DNA of 64,000 nt, from positions 12,169-76,168 of the forward strand of contig JANQPI010000029.1 of the NCBI GenBank assembly GCA_028289585.1. The letters are read 5' to 3'. Each line of letters starts with the position of its first letter. The first letter of the stretch is position 1. The notes beneath the pieces were generated by a model. That model had not been told where the DNA came from, did not search any database, and saw nothing but the letters and a program-made list of their open reading frames with translations. This DNA is from Candidatus Zixiibacteriota bacterium (lineage in GTDB: Bacteria > Zixibacteria > MSB-5A5 > GN15 > FEB-12). This document shows positions 46,145 to 56,416 of this stretch, piece by piece. The translations under genes and the position numbers were made by a program.

Positions 46145-46893
46145 AGCTGGTAATCGAGTATGTGGGGAGTGAGTTTTCCGGTTGGCAGTACCAGCCGGGG
46201 CAGACCACCGTTCAGGGCGAGATCGAGTCAGTTCTGTCGAAGTTATACAATCAGCCGATTCGCGTCTTGGGAGCGGGACGGACCGACGCCGGGGTGCACG
46301 CCCTCGGGCAGGTAGCTCACTTCGACTGCGACGCTGGCTTTCCGCTGGAGAAGCTCCAGCCGGCCCTTAACTACCATCTCCCGCGTTCCATTCGTATCCA
46401 CTCGGTGGCATCGGTGCCGACGTCCTGGCATGCTCGCTTCAGCGCGACATCGCGTCGCTATCGTTACCTTCTGGCAACCTGTCACTCCGCTTTGTGGGTG
46501 CCTTTTCGTTGGGAGCGACCTGGCGATCTCTCCCCCGAAAGACTACGACAGTCGACGGAATTGATCCGAGGAGAGCACGACTTTTCCGCCTTTTGTGTCG
46601 CTGCTTCCCGGCAGGAAAACAATCGATGTCGTATCGACTATGCGCGGTGGTTTCGCTACGGCCCGCTCTGGTCATTTGAGATTCGGGGAAACCGCTTTCT
46701 CCACTCGATGGTCCGATCGCTGGTCGGAGGGATGGTGAACCTGGCCGCGGAGGACCGCGACGACAATCCACGCAACTTGACCATGGCGACGTTCACGGAT
46801 ATGTTGAGAGAACCGGATGACCACCGCAATCCCTTCACGGCCCCGCCCCAGGGGCTGTATTTGGTTTCAGTCGGTTATCCGACAACAACATAG
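46132..46893 (+). CDS. truA: tRNA pseudouridine(38-40) synthase
   Basis: [35 protein letters not shown] and APPQGLYL. Confidence 0.96.
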   Translation: MARLKLVIEYVGSEFSGWQYQPGQTTVQGEIESVLSKLYNQPIRVLGAGRTDAGVHALGQVAHFDCDAGFPLEKLQPALNYHLPRSIRIHSVASVPTSWHARFSATSRRYRYLLATCHSALWVPFRWERPGDLSPERLRQSTELIRGEHDFSAFCVAASRQENNRCRIDYARWFRYGPLWSFEIRGNRFLHSMVRSLVGGMVNLAAEDRDDNPRNLTMATFTDMLREPDDHRNPFTAPPQGLYLVSVGYPTTT

Positions 46894-46907
46894 CACGGGA
46901 GCCTGGA

Positions 46908-47555
46908 ATGAAGTTCTTTATCGATTCGGCGAACCTCGACGAGATTCGGCAGGCGGCAGAAATGGGGTTGCTCGACGGTGTCACTACCAATCCCTCGCTG
47001 GCAGCCAAGGAGTCGGCACCGTACGAAGAGATTCTCACCGAGATCTGCAACGTTGTGGAGGGGCCAGTGTCGGCGGAGGTCATCAGTACCGACGCTCCCG
47101 GCATGCTCAAGGAAGCCGACCGGCTTATCAAGATCGCCGAGAACATCGTGATCAAGATTCCCACTATCCCCGAAGGGCTCAAAGCGATCTCGACACTGAG
47201 CGGGAACGGGATTATGACCAACGCAACACTCGTTTTTCAGCCGCTGCAGGCGTTGATGGTTGCTAAGGCCGGGGCGACGTTTGTCTCACCGTTTGTCGGC
47301 CGGCTCGACGATATCGGTACCGACGGTATGGACCTGATCAATCAGATAGTAACGATATACAGCAACTACGGTCTTGAAACCGAAGTACTGGTCGCCTCGG
47401 TCCGTCACCCGATGCATGTCGTGCAAGCTGCTATGCTGGGAGCCGATGTCGTTACAATGCCGTTCAAGGTGATTTCAACCTTGATGAAGCATCCCTTGAC
47501 TGACTCCGGCCTGGAGAAGTTCATCGCAGACTTCAAGAACGCCGGGAAAGGCTGA
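46908..47555 (+). CDS. fsa: Transaldolase / fructose-6-phosphate aldolase (TalC/Fsa type)
   Basis: [35 protein letters not shown] and ASVRHP. Confidence 0.92.
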   Translation: MKFFIDSANLDEIRQAAEMGLLDGVTTNPSLAAKESAPYEEILTEICNVVEGPVSAEVISTDAPGMLKEADRLIKIAENIVIKIPTIPEGLKAISTLSGNGIMTNATLVFQPLQALMVAKAGATFVSPFVGRLDDIGTDGMDLINQIVTIYSNYGLETEVLVASVRHPMHVVQAAMLGADVVTMPFKVISTLMKHPLTDSGLEKFIADFKNAGKG

Positions 47556-47565
47556 TTGAGCGGCT

Positions 47566-48861
47566 ATGATTGCTCGCTATACGCTCCCCGAAATGGGGGA
47601 CTTGTGGACCGACGAAGCCAAGTTCAGGACATGGCTCAAAGTTGAGGTCGAAGCCGCACGGGCTATGGCTCAGGCCGGAATCATACCCCGGGACGCGTTT
47701 CGAGAGATTGAGGCCAAAGCTGATTTCGATCTGACTCGAATCAACGAGATAGAAGAAGAAGTCCGTCACGACGTCATCGCCTTCCTCACCGCAGTCGCGG
47801 AGCAGGTCGGTGACGCCGCCAAGTGGCTGCATTTCGGGATGACGTCTTCCGATGTCGGCGATACGGCGCTCTGTTTACAGATTAAGTCGGCAACAACGCT
47901 GTTGCGAAAAGAGCTGACCCGCCTGCGCAAGGCAGTTCGCAAGCTGGCCCACAAACACAAGATGACACCGTGTATTGGGCGGACTCACGGCGTGGTCGCG
48001 GAACCGACGACCGCCGGTCTGAAGTTTGCGGTCTGGTATGCCGATCTCACGCGACGACAACACGATCTTGATGATGCCGCCGAACGTATTGCGGTCGGGG
48101 CGATCTCTGGTGCAGTGGGCAATTATGCCAATCTTCCACCGAAGATCGAAGCCGCCGTCTGCCGAAAGCTGGGACTCAAGCCGGCGACAATCAGTACGCA
48201 GGTTATCCAGCGCGATCTTCACGCCGAGCTGATTACGTCACTGGCGACCCTCGGCGCGACGATTGAGAAGATCGCCACCGAGATCCGTAATCTGCAGCGG
48301 ACAGAGATAGGCGAATTGCGCGAAGAGTTCTCATCGGGTCAGAAAGGTTCGTCGGCAATGCCGCACAAGCGGAATCCGATTACTGCCGAGCGCCTGACCG
48401 GCTGTGCCCGACTGCTTCGCGGCTACGCGGTCCCGGCACTTGAAAACGTTGCGCTCTGGCACGAGCGCGATATCGCTCATTCGTCGGTCGAGCGGGTGAT
48501 CCTCCCTGATGCCACTATTCTTGCGCATTACGCTATCGTGACGCTGGTCCAGTTGATCAACCGGCTGGTGATTAACAAAGATCGTATGCTCCAGAATGTC
48601 TACTACGGCGGTGGTCTGGTCTTTTCTCAACGACTGCTGCTGAAGCTGGCTCCTGCCGTCGGTTCTCGGGAGGATGCCTACCGCTTGGTCCAGCGCAATG
48701 CGCTGTCAGCGGCCGATGGCCGAGGAGATTTTCGGGCGCTCGTACTGGCCGACACCGATATTGGGGCCCATCTATCCGCCGAAGAGATCGAGGAGTGTTT
48801 TACCCTCGATCGCTACCAGGAACACGTTGAAACGATCTTCGAACGGGTCTTTGCTGAATGA
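47566..48861 (+). CDS. purB: Adenylosuccinate lyase
   Basis: HDVIAF, HFGMTSSD, GRTHG and the signature GSSAMPHKRNP. Confidence 0.96.
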   Translation: MIARYTLPEMGDLWTDEAKFRTWLKVEVEAARAMAQAGIIPRDAFREIEAKADFDLTRINEIEEEVRHDVIAFLTAVAEQVGDAAKWLHFGMTSSDVGDTALCLQIKSATTLLRKELTRLRKAVRKLAHKHKMTPCIGRTHGVVAEPTTAGLKFAVWYADLTRRQHDLDDAAERIAVGAISGAVGNYANLPPKIEAAVCRKLGLKPATISTQVIQRDLHAELITSLATLGATIEKIATEIRNLQRTEIGELREEFSSGQKGSSAMPHKRNPITAERLTGCARLLRGYAVPALENVALWHERDIAHSSVERVILPDATILAHYAIVTLVQLINRLVINKDRMLQNVYYGGGLVFSQRLLLKLAPAVGSREDAYRLVQRNALSAADGRGDFRALVLADTDIGAHLSAEEIEECFTLDRYQEHVETIFERVFAE

Positions 48862-49544
48862 TTGATCGCGACGGCTATCGCTTCGTGATTCCCGGACTGT
48901 TGATCGCTCTGATGCTCTTCTGGGCTGCCGGCCTTTACGCTGTTGGTTGGCTGTCGTTACTGGGTGGAGTTGTCGCCGTGCTTACCGGTGGTGTCGTCTG
49001 GTTTTTCCGCGATCCACGCCGGACTCCGCCCGTCGACGATCGGATCGTGGTCAGCCCTGGTGATGGGCGAATCGACACGATTGAGGCAGTTGATCATCCC
49101 TTCGTCGGCCCGGGCGCACGACGAATATCGCTCTTCCTGTCGATCTTCGATGTTCATGTTAACCGACTGCCGATGAGTGGGTTGATTGAGCGCATCGACT
49201 ACCGACCCGGCTCGTTTGGGAATGCCATGGATCCGGGGTCGTCCGCCCGCAATGAGCAGTCGGAAATCTGGATCAGCGGGGATCATGGCGAGCGACTGGC
49301 TTTCCGACAGGTAGCGGGATTGATCGCACGTCGGATCGTTACGCGCCTGGCCGCGGGCGACCACGGCCGTCGCGGGGACCGCTGCGGCCTTATTCGATTT
49401 GGCTCGCGCTGTGACCTGATCATCCCCGGAGATGCCGAGATCACCGTTCGAATAGGGGAGACTGTCCGCGGAGGAGAGTCCGCGTTGGCTCGGATGGCTG
49501 CGGTACCGGCTCCCGAGATTGCACCGGAGTCCGATCATGCCTGA
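48858..49544 (+). CDS. psd: Phosphatidylserine decarboxylase proenzyme
   Basis: FFRDP, SPGDG, FDVHVNR, QVAG.IARRI and the FGS cleavage motif. Confidence 0.93.
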   Translation: MIDRDGYRFVIPGLLIALMLFWAAGLYAVGWLSLLGGVVAVLTGGVVWFFRDPRRTPPVDDRIVVSPGDGRIDTIEAVDHPFVGPGARRISLFLSIFDVHVNRLPMSGLIERIDYRPGSFGNAMDPGSSARNEQSEIWISGDHGERLAFRQVAGLIARRIVTRLAAGDHGRRGDRCGLIRFGSRCDLIIPGDAEITVRIGETVRGGESALARMAAVPAPEIAPESDHA

Positions 49545-50298
49545 TTTTCGCCCGGTTATCCCCGGTGTTTTCACGATGGGGAATGTGGTCTGCGGATTCT
49601 TCTCGATCCTCTCGACGCTCGAAGGAAACGTAACCACGGCAGCCTGGCTGGTTCTGCTGGCAGCACTGCTGGACGCTCTCGATGGGAAAGTGGCCCGGAT
49701 CTCCGGGGGGAGCTCTCGATTTGGCGTGGAACTCGACTCGCTGGCCGATTTCCTTTCTTTTGGAGTCGCCCCGGGAGTCCTCGTTCATGCCCTGGCGCTG
49801 GGCGATCTTGGCCGTTGGGGCTGGCTGGTGGCGATTGTCTATATCATGGCTGCGGCCTACCGCCTCGCCCGCTACAACTTGCTCGCCGATACCGATGAGA
49901 AGCGGGACTTTGTCGGTCTGCCCGCACCCGGAGCCGCTTTTCTGCTCGTTTCGTACGTCATTTTCAGCTTCGACATTTTTGGCGAGATTCGCTTTCCGGA
50001 GCTTCTGGTCGGTATGGTCGTTGGGTCGGCGGTGCTCATGGTCTCCCAGGTCGAGTACACGGCGTTTCCCGACCGGTTCACACAGCGGGCCGATCGGATC
50101 AAGCTCCTCATTGTGATCATCGCCGCGGCGCTCATCTTGGTCTGGCCGAGACTCATGTTGTTTCCGCTTATCGCCGCCTATATATTATTCGGCCTTGGTC
50201 GGGAGTTAACCCGACTCTTTGGTCTGGGCGTTGAGCGGGTGACATCAAGGGTCACGGCTAATCGTCGTTCCGAGCATGAGGACATTCAGGATGAGTAA
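49537..50298 (+). CDS. pssA: CDP-diacylglycerol-serine O-phosphatidyltransferase
   Basis: DALDGKVAR...SRFGVELDSLADFLSFGVAP CDP-alcohol phosphatidyltransferase motif; follows psd. Confidence 0.93.
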   Translation: MPDFRPVIPGVFTMGNVVCGFFSILSTLEGNVTTAAWLVLLAALLDALDGKVARISGGSSRFGVELDSLADFLSFGVAPGVLVHALALGDLGRWGWLVAIVYIMAAAYRLARYNLLADTDEKRDFVGLPAPGAAFLLVSYVIFSFDIFGEIRFPELLVGMVVGSAVLMVSQVEYTAFPDRFTQRADRIKLLIVIIAAALILVWPRLMLFPLIAAYILFGLGRELTRLFGLGVERVTSRVTANRRSEHEDIQDE

Positions 50299-50542
50299 GC
50301 GCAAAGCCATAGTTCATGTTCGTCTGAAACCGGGAGTCCTTGATCCCCAGGGCGGTACGATTGAACGGGCGCTCAACAAGCTCGGATATCACGATTTCAG
50401 CGATGTTCGCTCGGGCAAGTTCTTCGAAATCGTACTGGCTGATGACTCCGATGCTGCGATGACGAAGCTGGACGAAATCTGTCGTGACCTGCTCGCGAAT
50501 CCCGTAATCGAAGATTACACTATCGAGACGGTGGCTGAATGA
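50291..50542 (+). CDS. purS: Phosphoribosylformylglycinamidine synthase subunit PurS
   Basis: LKPGVLDPQG, VRSGKFFEI and LLANPVIE. Confidence 0.95.
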   Translation: MSKRKAIVHVRLKPGVLDPQGGTIERALNKLGYHDFSDVRSGKFFEIVLADDSDAAMTKLDEICRDLLANPVIEDYTIETVAE

Positions 50543-51252
50543 AGTTTGGTGTCGTTGTCTTTCCCGGCTCAAACTGCGATTACGACGCCTATCTTGCGAT
50601 CCGCGATCATTTAAATGAACCGGTGGAATATCTCTGGCACGATCGCAGTGATCTCCAGGGGTGTGACGCCATCATCCTGCCGGGCGGTTTTTCGTACGGT
50701 GATTACCTCCGCGTTGGCGCTATCGCCAGCCACGCCCCGATCATGGACGCGGTGAAGGAGCACGTTGCCGTTGGCGGGCTGGTCGTTGGGATCTGTAACG
50801 GCTTCCAGGTGCTGTGTGAGGCGCGTTTGCTGCCCGGTGCGCTCATCCGCAATCAGTCGCTGCGTTTCAGCTGCCGGGACGTCTACCTGCGGGTCGAAAC
50901 CGCTGCCACCGCCTTTTCGTCGGCCTGCCAGCCGGGTGAAGTGCTGAAGATTCCAATCAATCACGGTGAGGGGAACTTCACCGCGGCTCCGGAGGTTCTC
51001 GACGAGCTAGAATCGACCGGTCGTGTTGTCTTCCGGTACTGTGATCGGAATGGAGCAGTTTCGGAGGTAACGAATCCCAATGGCTCGCGGCGCAGTATCG
51101 CCGGGATTGTCAATGAGCGAGGCAATGTGCTCGGTATGATGCCCCATCCCGAACGGGCGGTCGATCCGCTCCTCGGCGGGACTGATGGCATGAAGCTCTT
51201 TGAGTCGATGCGGCAGGCGATGAACGCGGTCCAGGGAATGGCTGTATCATGA
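50539..51252 (+). CDS. purQ: Phosphoribosylformylglycinamidine synthase subunit PurQ
   Basis: FPGSNCD, PGGFSYGDYLR, GICNGFQ, NPNGS and GMMPHPER. Confidence 0.96.
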   Translation: MKFGVVVFPGSNCDYDAYLAIRDHLNEPVEYLWHDRSDLQGCDAIILPGGFSYGDYLRVGAIASHAPIMDAVKEHVAVGGLVVGICNGFQVLCEARLLPGALIRNQSLRFSCRDVYLRVETAATAFSSACQPGEVLKIPINHGEGNFTAAPEVLDELESTGRVVFRYCDRNGAVSEVTNPNGSRRSIAGIVNERGNVLGMMPHPERAVDPLLGGTDGMKLFESMRQAMNAVQGMAVS

Positions 51253-51515
51253 AGGCACGCGAGGTTACGTTCCTGGTTACGGCCCTGATCCTCGGGGCGG
51301 TTTTAGGTGGCCTGCTCGGCGAGTTGATCGGCGGTTTTCTGCCCGATGGTGCTGCGCGGACGCTGTTTACGAAGGCGATCGAGATCGGATTCTCGCCGGT
51401 CACGCTGTCCCTGTATACGATCACGTTCACCATCGGCCTGATGGTTAAGATCAATTTCATGTCGGCATTAGTTGTATTACTGGTTATCTTCTACTTCAAG
51501 TTCTGGTACCTGTAA
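51249..51515 (+). CDS. Small membrane protein (DUF4321-like)
   Basis: Two hydrophobic segments (LILGAVLGGLLGELIG; FTIGLMVKINFMSAL). Confidence 0.65.
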   Translation: MKAREVTFLVTALILGAVLGGLLGELIGGFLPDGAARTLFTKAIEIGFSPVTLSLYTITFTIGLMVKINFMSALVVLLVIFYFKFWYL

Positions 51516-51541
51516 TGCCTGAGTGTGGAAGAGGTTAGACG

Positions 51542-51757
51542 ATGTTTGGCATGGGCCCCACGGAACTCATTCTCATTTTTCTCGCCATCCTGCTGCTATT
51601 CGGCGCCAAGCGAATTCCGGAGATTGCGCAGGGACTTGGCAAGGGCATTCGTGAGTTCAAGAAGACGATGAAGGAAACGACCGACGAGGTCAAAGGGTCG
51701 CTCGACGTCGACGATTCCAACAAGAAATCCGACTCTTCGTCGTCGCCTCAATCGTAG
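51542..51757 (+). CDS. tatA: Twin-arginine translocase TatA/TatE
   Basis: [12 protein letters not shown]...[24 protein letters not shown]. Confidence 0.95.
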   Translation: MFGMGPTELILIFLAILLLFGAKRIPEIAQGLGKGIREFKKTMKETTDEVKGSLDVDDSNKKSDSSSSPQS

Positions 51758-51770
51758 TTCAGTCAAGCCG

Positions 51771-52220
51771 ATGCAGCACGAATTCACCCCGGCCGACGCT
51801 GAATCGATAGCCGCTGTCCTCGGTGCCGAAAAGCTCTCCTCGGAGAAAGAGCACTATCGGATCAAGCTGACCAATCGCGAGGAGAAGCGTATTCTCATTC
51901 TTGAGATCTATCCCGAGACAAGTCTCGGGCGAACCCGCGGAATGCTCGTTGTTGTCTACACAGGCAATTCTCATCTCCAGCTGCATAACTGCTCGGGCTA
52001 TGTTATCTCGGAAGAACTCGGTGAGGTGACATTTGTGGCTGAACAGCACGAGCGCCTATCGGGACTGGTCATTGAGCGCGGCGCTTCATGTTCGCTCTAT
52101 TCGTCGATCAGCCGCGATCTCATCTCATCCGATTTCACGAAGCTCGGTGTCGAGGTCATGCTCGCCGGTGTAGCGATGTCGCTTACCGAAGGCTCGCTTG
52201 AGGCTGACGACGCCGACTAG
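51771..52220 (+). CDS. Hypothetical protein (149 aa)
   Basis: Codon-consistent ORF in the run of plus-strand genes; no family recognised. Confidence 0.7.
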   Translation: MQHEFTPADAESIAAVLGAEKLSSEKEHYRIKLTNREEKRILILEIYPETSLGRTRGMLVVVYTGNSHLQLHNCSGYVISEELGEVTFVAEQHERLSGLVIERGASCSLYSSISRDLISSDFTKLGVEVMLAGVAMSLTEGSLEADDAD

Positions 52221-52338
52221 CGGTTCTCACCCCTCTCAACAAATTGTGCCAAACAGACTTCGCCCCGTGTCGCGATGGCTCTCAATTCGCGAACGGCAGC
52301 GAAGCTGTTAGGAGAAAAAGAAGTTTGATCAGAAGCGG

Positions 52339-54759
52339 CTACTTCTGGAATGCCGCCACGAAGTCGGCCAGGTCAGCGGCCACCTCGGTAGCACGCTGGT
52401 AGCGCTTCTGCGGGTCTTTCTGCAACGATTTCGAGATGATATGGTCGAACAGCAACGGCACCTGCGGGTTGATGTTGGACGGTTTCTCGGGTTCGTTGTT
52501 AATGATCGCGTAGATCAACGCCGTGATGTTCTCGCCCTTAAACGGACGTTTGCCCAGAAGCATCTCGTACATCACCACGCCCAGAGAGAAAATGTCCGCC
52601 CGGCGATCGGTCGCCTGACCCTTCAACTGCTCGGGTGAAATGTAGTTCGGCGTGCCCATGGCAATGCCCGTCTTAGTCATCGAGTGCGAGTCGACACGAG
52701 CGATACCGAAATCCATGACTTTCACTGTGTAATCCGGCAGAATCATGACGTTGGCCGGTTTGATATCGCGATGGACGATGCCGTTGTCATGGGCATAGTC
52801 GAGCGCCGCACACATCTGTGAGATGATCTGAGCGATGATGCGGTAATTGAATTTCGTCTTCTTCTTGATCATGTCCTCGAGCGTCCGCCCCTCGAGGTAT
52901 TCCATCGCGATGTACTGCAGCTGACCTTCCGAACCAACGTCGTAGATCGTGACGATGTTCGGATGCGACAGCTTACCGGCGGCCTGCGCCTCGCGGTGCA
53001 GCCGTTCCTTGAGTTCGGCCATCTCTTCGGGATCGTTAACGAAGTCGAGGCGGATAGTTTTCAGAGCGACATTGCGGTTAATTGCCGGATCAAGTGCTCG
53101 ATAGACCATACCCATCGCACCCTTACCGAGCTTTCCGTTGATCTCATACCGTCCGAGATTCTTGATGTCGGACGAGAGTGAACCGGAATCGGTGAAGAGA
53201 CGTCCGGAGTCGGACTGACGGAGGTCGCCCGCGGCATCTGGATCGATTGCCTGGTTGTCGACCGGGTCGGCCGGCGTATCGTCGGCAGCCATCGGCGCGT
53301 CACTCTCACCAGGCAACGTTTGGTGGTCGAAAGCTGAAGTAGCGGCAATCTCTCCACTTCCGGCGGCGGTCGCAGTCGTTTCACCGGTCTTGGCGTTGAT
53401 CATACCGGTCGGGATCGACGCCGGATCATTCGGATCAACTTTGATCTCGCGAGCAGGGATATTGGCGACCAACTCCGGCTTTTTCTGCGACACTGCTTTC
53501 ACCGCAGATTGCTTCTTCTCCCGCTTGCCACCCAGCAGTTCGGAATCGATGAGCGGAGCGACGATTCCGGAGACCAGTAGCAGCGTGATTAGATAGATCG
53601 ACTCCGGCATCATGTTGTACTTCACAAAGAGGAAGTAATTCAGGTTAGCGACGACCACGAGACCACCGACAACGGCGACCAGACGATGCCACAGCAGCAT
53701 TCGGGGCATCAGGAGTGCCAGCAGGATGCCAACGCCGAAGAGAATCACAATGTCGATCAGTGCGTGGCTCCGGGCTCGGCTAATCATCGCGTCGCTGACA
53801 ATATTCTCCATGATCATTGCCTGGATGTACGGCGCGGGGGTCGACTCGTCGACCGGCGTCTTGTAGAACTCACCGTCGATGAAATCCTCGGCGTAGATGA
53901 ACACGAGACGGTCACGGAATTGTTCGAAATCCGAAACCTCGTTGAGAATGTCCGCCGCCGATGTCGTCAGGAATGGTGTCTCGGGTGTCCAGTTGATGAA
54001 GATCTCGCCGCGGCTGTTAATCGGTAGCGACCGCTCTTCGGCAAGCCGGATCTCCTGTCCGTCGATAACCTCGATATTGTTCGGATTGACCCCGAGATAG
54101 GTGGCCGCACCAAGCAGCGCCAGGGACGGATAGTAGTAACCGAGGTAGTTCATGAAGAGCGGCGAATGGCGCAGGATGCGATCATCATCATAAGACTGAT
54201 GAACGAAGCCCAGGAGCGGTTTGTGTTGAACCAGCTTCGTGGCCGGGAGAAAGACTTTGCGGACCGCCAGGCCGGCTTCCTCGGAGATAAGTCCGACCGG
54301 ATTGTCGACCGTTATTGAGTTCTTGAAAAGCAGATCGGGGTTGCCGGTTCGATTGCTCCGGAAGTTGGCGACCGCGATATCGTAGGGGAGCACCGCACTG
54401 TTGATCCACCGGAGTTGTCCGGCCAGCGTGTCGGTGAAGCCGAGTGAGTCCTGACCGGCATCCTCAGGAAGTTCGAAGCCAACGACAATGGCACGCGGTT
54501 CGGCGGTGGCGATGGCGGCGACGAGGTCGGCAATGCGATCCCGATCCCAGGGCCAGTTGCCAAACTCATCCATGGAATACGCGTCAATAGCGACCAATTG
54601 AACGTGGGGCGACTCGCGCTCGGCACTGGCGAACCGAACCAGCAGGTCATCAATCGCCCGCTGGGAATCCTGTAGCGGACCGAACTGATTGAGATAGAGG
54701 AGTCCGGTCAAGATGGTAACCAGCAGCAGGAGAATCTGTGGGGTGTAGCGCGAGAGCAT
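52339..54759 (-). CDS. CHASE2-domain transmembrane Hanks-type Ser/Thr protein kinase
   Basis: CHASE2 (VAID...GNWPWDRDRIADLV), three TMs and a kinase domain (GKGAMGMVY, VALK, HRDIKPAN, DFG, GTPNYISPE). Confidence 0.92.
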   Translation of the reverse strand: MLSRYTPQILLLLVTILTGLLYLNQFGPLQDSQRAIDDLLVRFASAERESPHVQLVAIDAYSMDEFGNWPWDRDRIADLVAAIATAEPRAIVVGFELPEDAGQDSLGFTDTLAGQLRWINSAVLPYDIAVANFRSNRTGNPDLLFKNSITVDNPVGLISEEAGLAVRKVFLPATKLVQHKPLLGFVHQSYDDDRILRHSPLFMNYLGYYYPSLALLGAATYLGVNPNNIEVIDGQEIRLAEERSLPINSRGEIFINWTPETPFLTTSAADILNEVSDFEQFRDRLVFIYAEDFIDGEFYKTPVDESTPAPYIQAMIMENIVSDAMISRARSHALIDIVILFGVGILLALLMPRMLLWHRLVAVVGGLVVVANLNYFLFVKYNMMPESIYLITLLLVSGIVAPLIDSELLGGKREKKQSAVKAVSQKKPELVANIPAREIKVDPNDPASIPTGMINAKTGETTATAAGSGEIAATSAFDHQTLPGESDAPMAADDTPADPVDNQAIDPDAAGDLRQSDSGRLFTDSGSLSSDIKNLGRYEINGKLGKGAMGMVYRALDPAINRNVALKTIRLDFVNDPEEMAELKERLHREAQAAGKLSHPNIVTIYDVGSEGQLQYIAMEYLEGRTLEDMIKKKTKFNYRIIAQIISQMCAALDYAHDNGIVHRDIKPANVMILPDYTVKVMDFGIARVDSHSMTKTGIAMGTPNYISPEQLKGQATDRRADIFSLGVVMYEMLLGKRPFKGENITALIYAIINNEPEKPSNINPQVPLLFDHIISKSLQKDPQKRYQRATEVAADLADFVAAFQK

Positions 54760-54768
54760 AAAGACTCC

Positions 54769-55497
54769 TTAGCGGCCAACCTCTAGGCGGGTGACCAGTG
54801 AGGCCGGGGCGTTGGCAGCTTTCAGTTTTGACTGAGTTCGCGCGATGTCATACACCACACGAATGAAGGAGATCGTTTCGTCATCGGTATCAGCAATGAC
54901 GTAACAGGCCCGGGGATCATTGTCTCGAGGCTGACCGACGGAACCGACGCTGATGAGGTACCGCATATCGGACTCGGGGGTCAACGTTTCGGCGAACGTT
55001 CCGGTCACAGTATGATTGGGCGACTCACTGAAGATAACCGGGATATGCGTATGCCCGGTGAAACAGAGCGCAGTATCAAATGCGGAGAAACCGAGGCGAG
55101 CCTCGAACTCGTCGAGAATGTACCGCCAGGATCGCGGCTCAAACGGGGAGGCGTGCACGAACGTCTGATCGTTCTCGACGACAAACTCCGGTAACGTCGC
55201 CAGGTACTCTACCCATGTCGGCGACAGTTGGTTCTGGGTCCACTGCATCGAGATGCGAGCGGTATCGCTGAACCGTTCGATGGTGTGCTGCTCTAACAGC
55301 GCTGCTTCGTGATTGCCAATGAGAGAAAAGCGGCAATGGCGCTGTACCAGTTCCAAGCAGGGAATGGGGTCACAACCATAGCCAATGACATCCCCCAGCG
55401 AGACAATCTCGTCGATCTGCCGCGACTCGATGTCGGCGAGGACCGCTTCCAGTGCCTCCAAATTGCCGTGGATGTCGGAAAAGACCGCAAGACGCAT
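54769..55497 (-). CDS. Metallophosphoesterase (calcineurin-like, putative Ser/Thr phosphatase)
   Basis: SDIHGN, GDVIGYG, GNHE, HAS, GHTHIP and GSVGQPRD. Confidence 0.9.
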   Translation of the reverse strand: MRLAVFSDIHGNLEALEAVLADIESRQIDEIVSLGDVIGYGCDPIPCLELVQRHCRFSLIGNHEAALLEQHTIERFSDTARISMQWTQNQLSPTWVEYLATLPEFVVENDQTFVHASPFEPRSWRYILDEFEARLGFSAFDTALCFTGHTHIPVIFSESPNHTVTGTFAETLTPESDMRYLISVGSVGQPRDNDPRACYVIADTDDETISFIRVVYDIARTQSKLKAANAPASLVTRLEVGR

Positions 55498-56192
55498 CAG
55501 GACTTGCCTTCAATAAATCGAAATGCCGTCTTGCCAACCACGATCAGGTCGTCGTTGCGCAGGACACGACGGTCAACCGTCTCACCATTGACCTTCGTCT
55601 TGCCGGATCGACCGAGCGAAACGAGTTCAAACTGTCCATTTTCGCGAACGATCTTGGCCTGGATAGCGGCCACGAAGAATCCCTTCACGCGGACATGGAC
55701 AAACTTCGCTTTGCCGATCGTAGTGACATCACGGTCAAGGACGTACTCGGAAAACTCGGCGTTTTCCTCGCCGATCAGGACCGATCCACCGAATTTCGCA
55801 ACGATCTGGCGCTCGAGTTTGTCTTTTTCCAGAAGCTCTTTCTGCTTCTTGGTATTGAGCACCATTGTACCTTCGAAGCTAACACCGCCCGTGTTGCCTT
55901 CTTCCGCTTCCGGATGGTACACGAGGGCGTACTTGCCAATGGTGATCACGTCCTCGGGGCGCAGGACTTCTTCGCTGATCTTGCGATTATTGACGAACGT
56001 TCCGTTGAGTGACTCGTTGTCAATGATCACCGCTGCATTGTCGTTGAACTCCAGCAAGGCATGCTTGCGGGAAACACCCCGGTTTTCGAGCACGATGTCG
56101 TTATCGTGCGTACGGCCAATACTCAGGCGCTTCTTCTCGGTGACGATGCGTTCTATCACCTTGTCTTCGAATTTGACGATGATCTCGGCCAT
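55497..56192 (-). CDS. Tandem FHA-domain protein
   Basis: First FHA: IGR..DND...VSRKHA...SLNGTFVN. Second, degenerate FHA: TIGK...TKVNG. Confidence 0.88.
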   Translation of the reverse strand: MAEIIVKFEDKVIERIVTEKKRLSIGRTHDNDIVLENRGVSRKHALLEFNDNAAVIIDNESLNGTFVNNRKISEEVLRPEDVITIGKYALVYHPEAEEGNTGGVSFEGTMVLNTKKQKELLEKDKLERQIVAKFGGSVLIGEENAEFSEYVLDRDVTTIGKAKFVHVRVKGFFVAAIQAKIVRENGQFELVSLGRSGKTKVNGETVDRRVLRNDDLIVVGKTAFRFIEGKS

Positions 56193-56416
56193 GGCCGGGC
56201 TTCCTTTCCGTGTTCCCCGCGGCGACCCCCAGATCCGTGGCAGTCACCGAGCGACATTCGTGCTGTCCGAAGCTGATTACTCCGGATCAATAGAGTTGTC
56301 GGCACCCGTGGCTCAGGACTTAACAAGCGCTGTCCGGGCGACTTACCGGGATTCGAGTTGCCGGCCCCGAGAGGGGCCGATATATTCCCGGCCTCTAGCG
56401 AGAGGAGAGAGGAATC

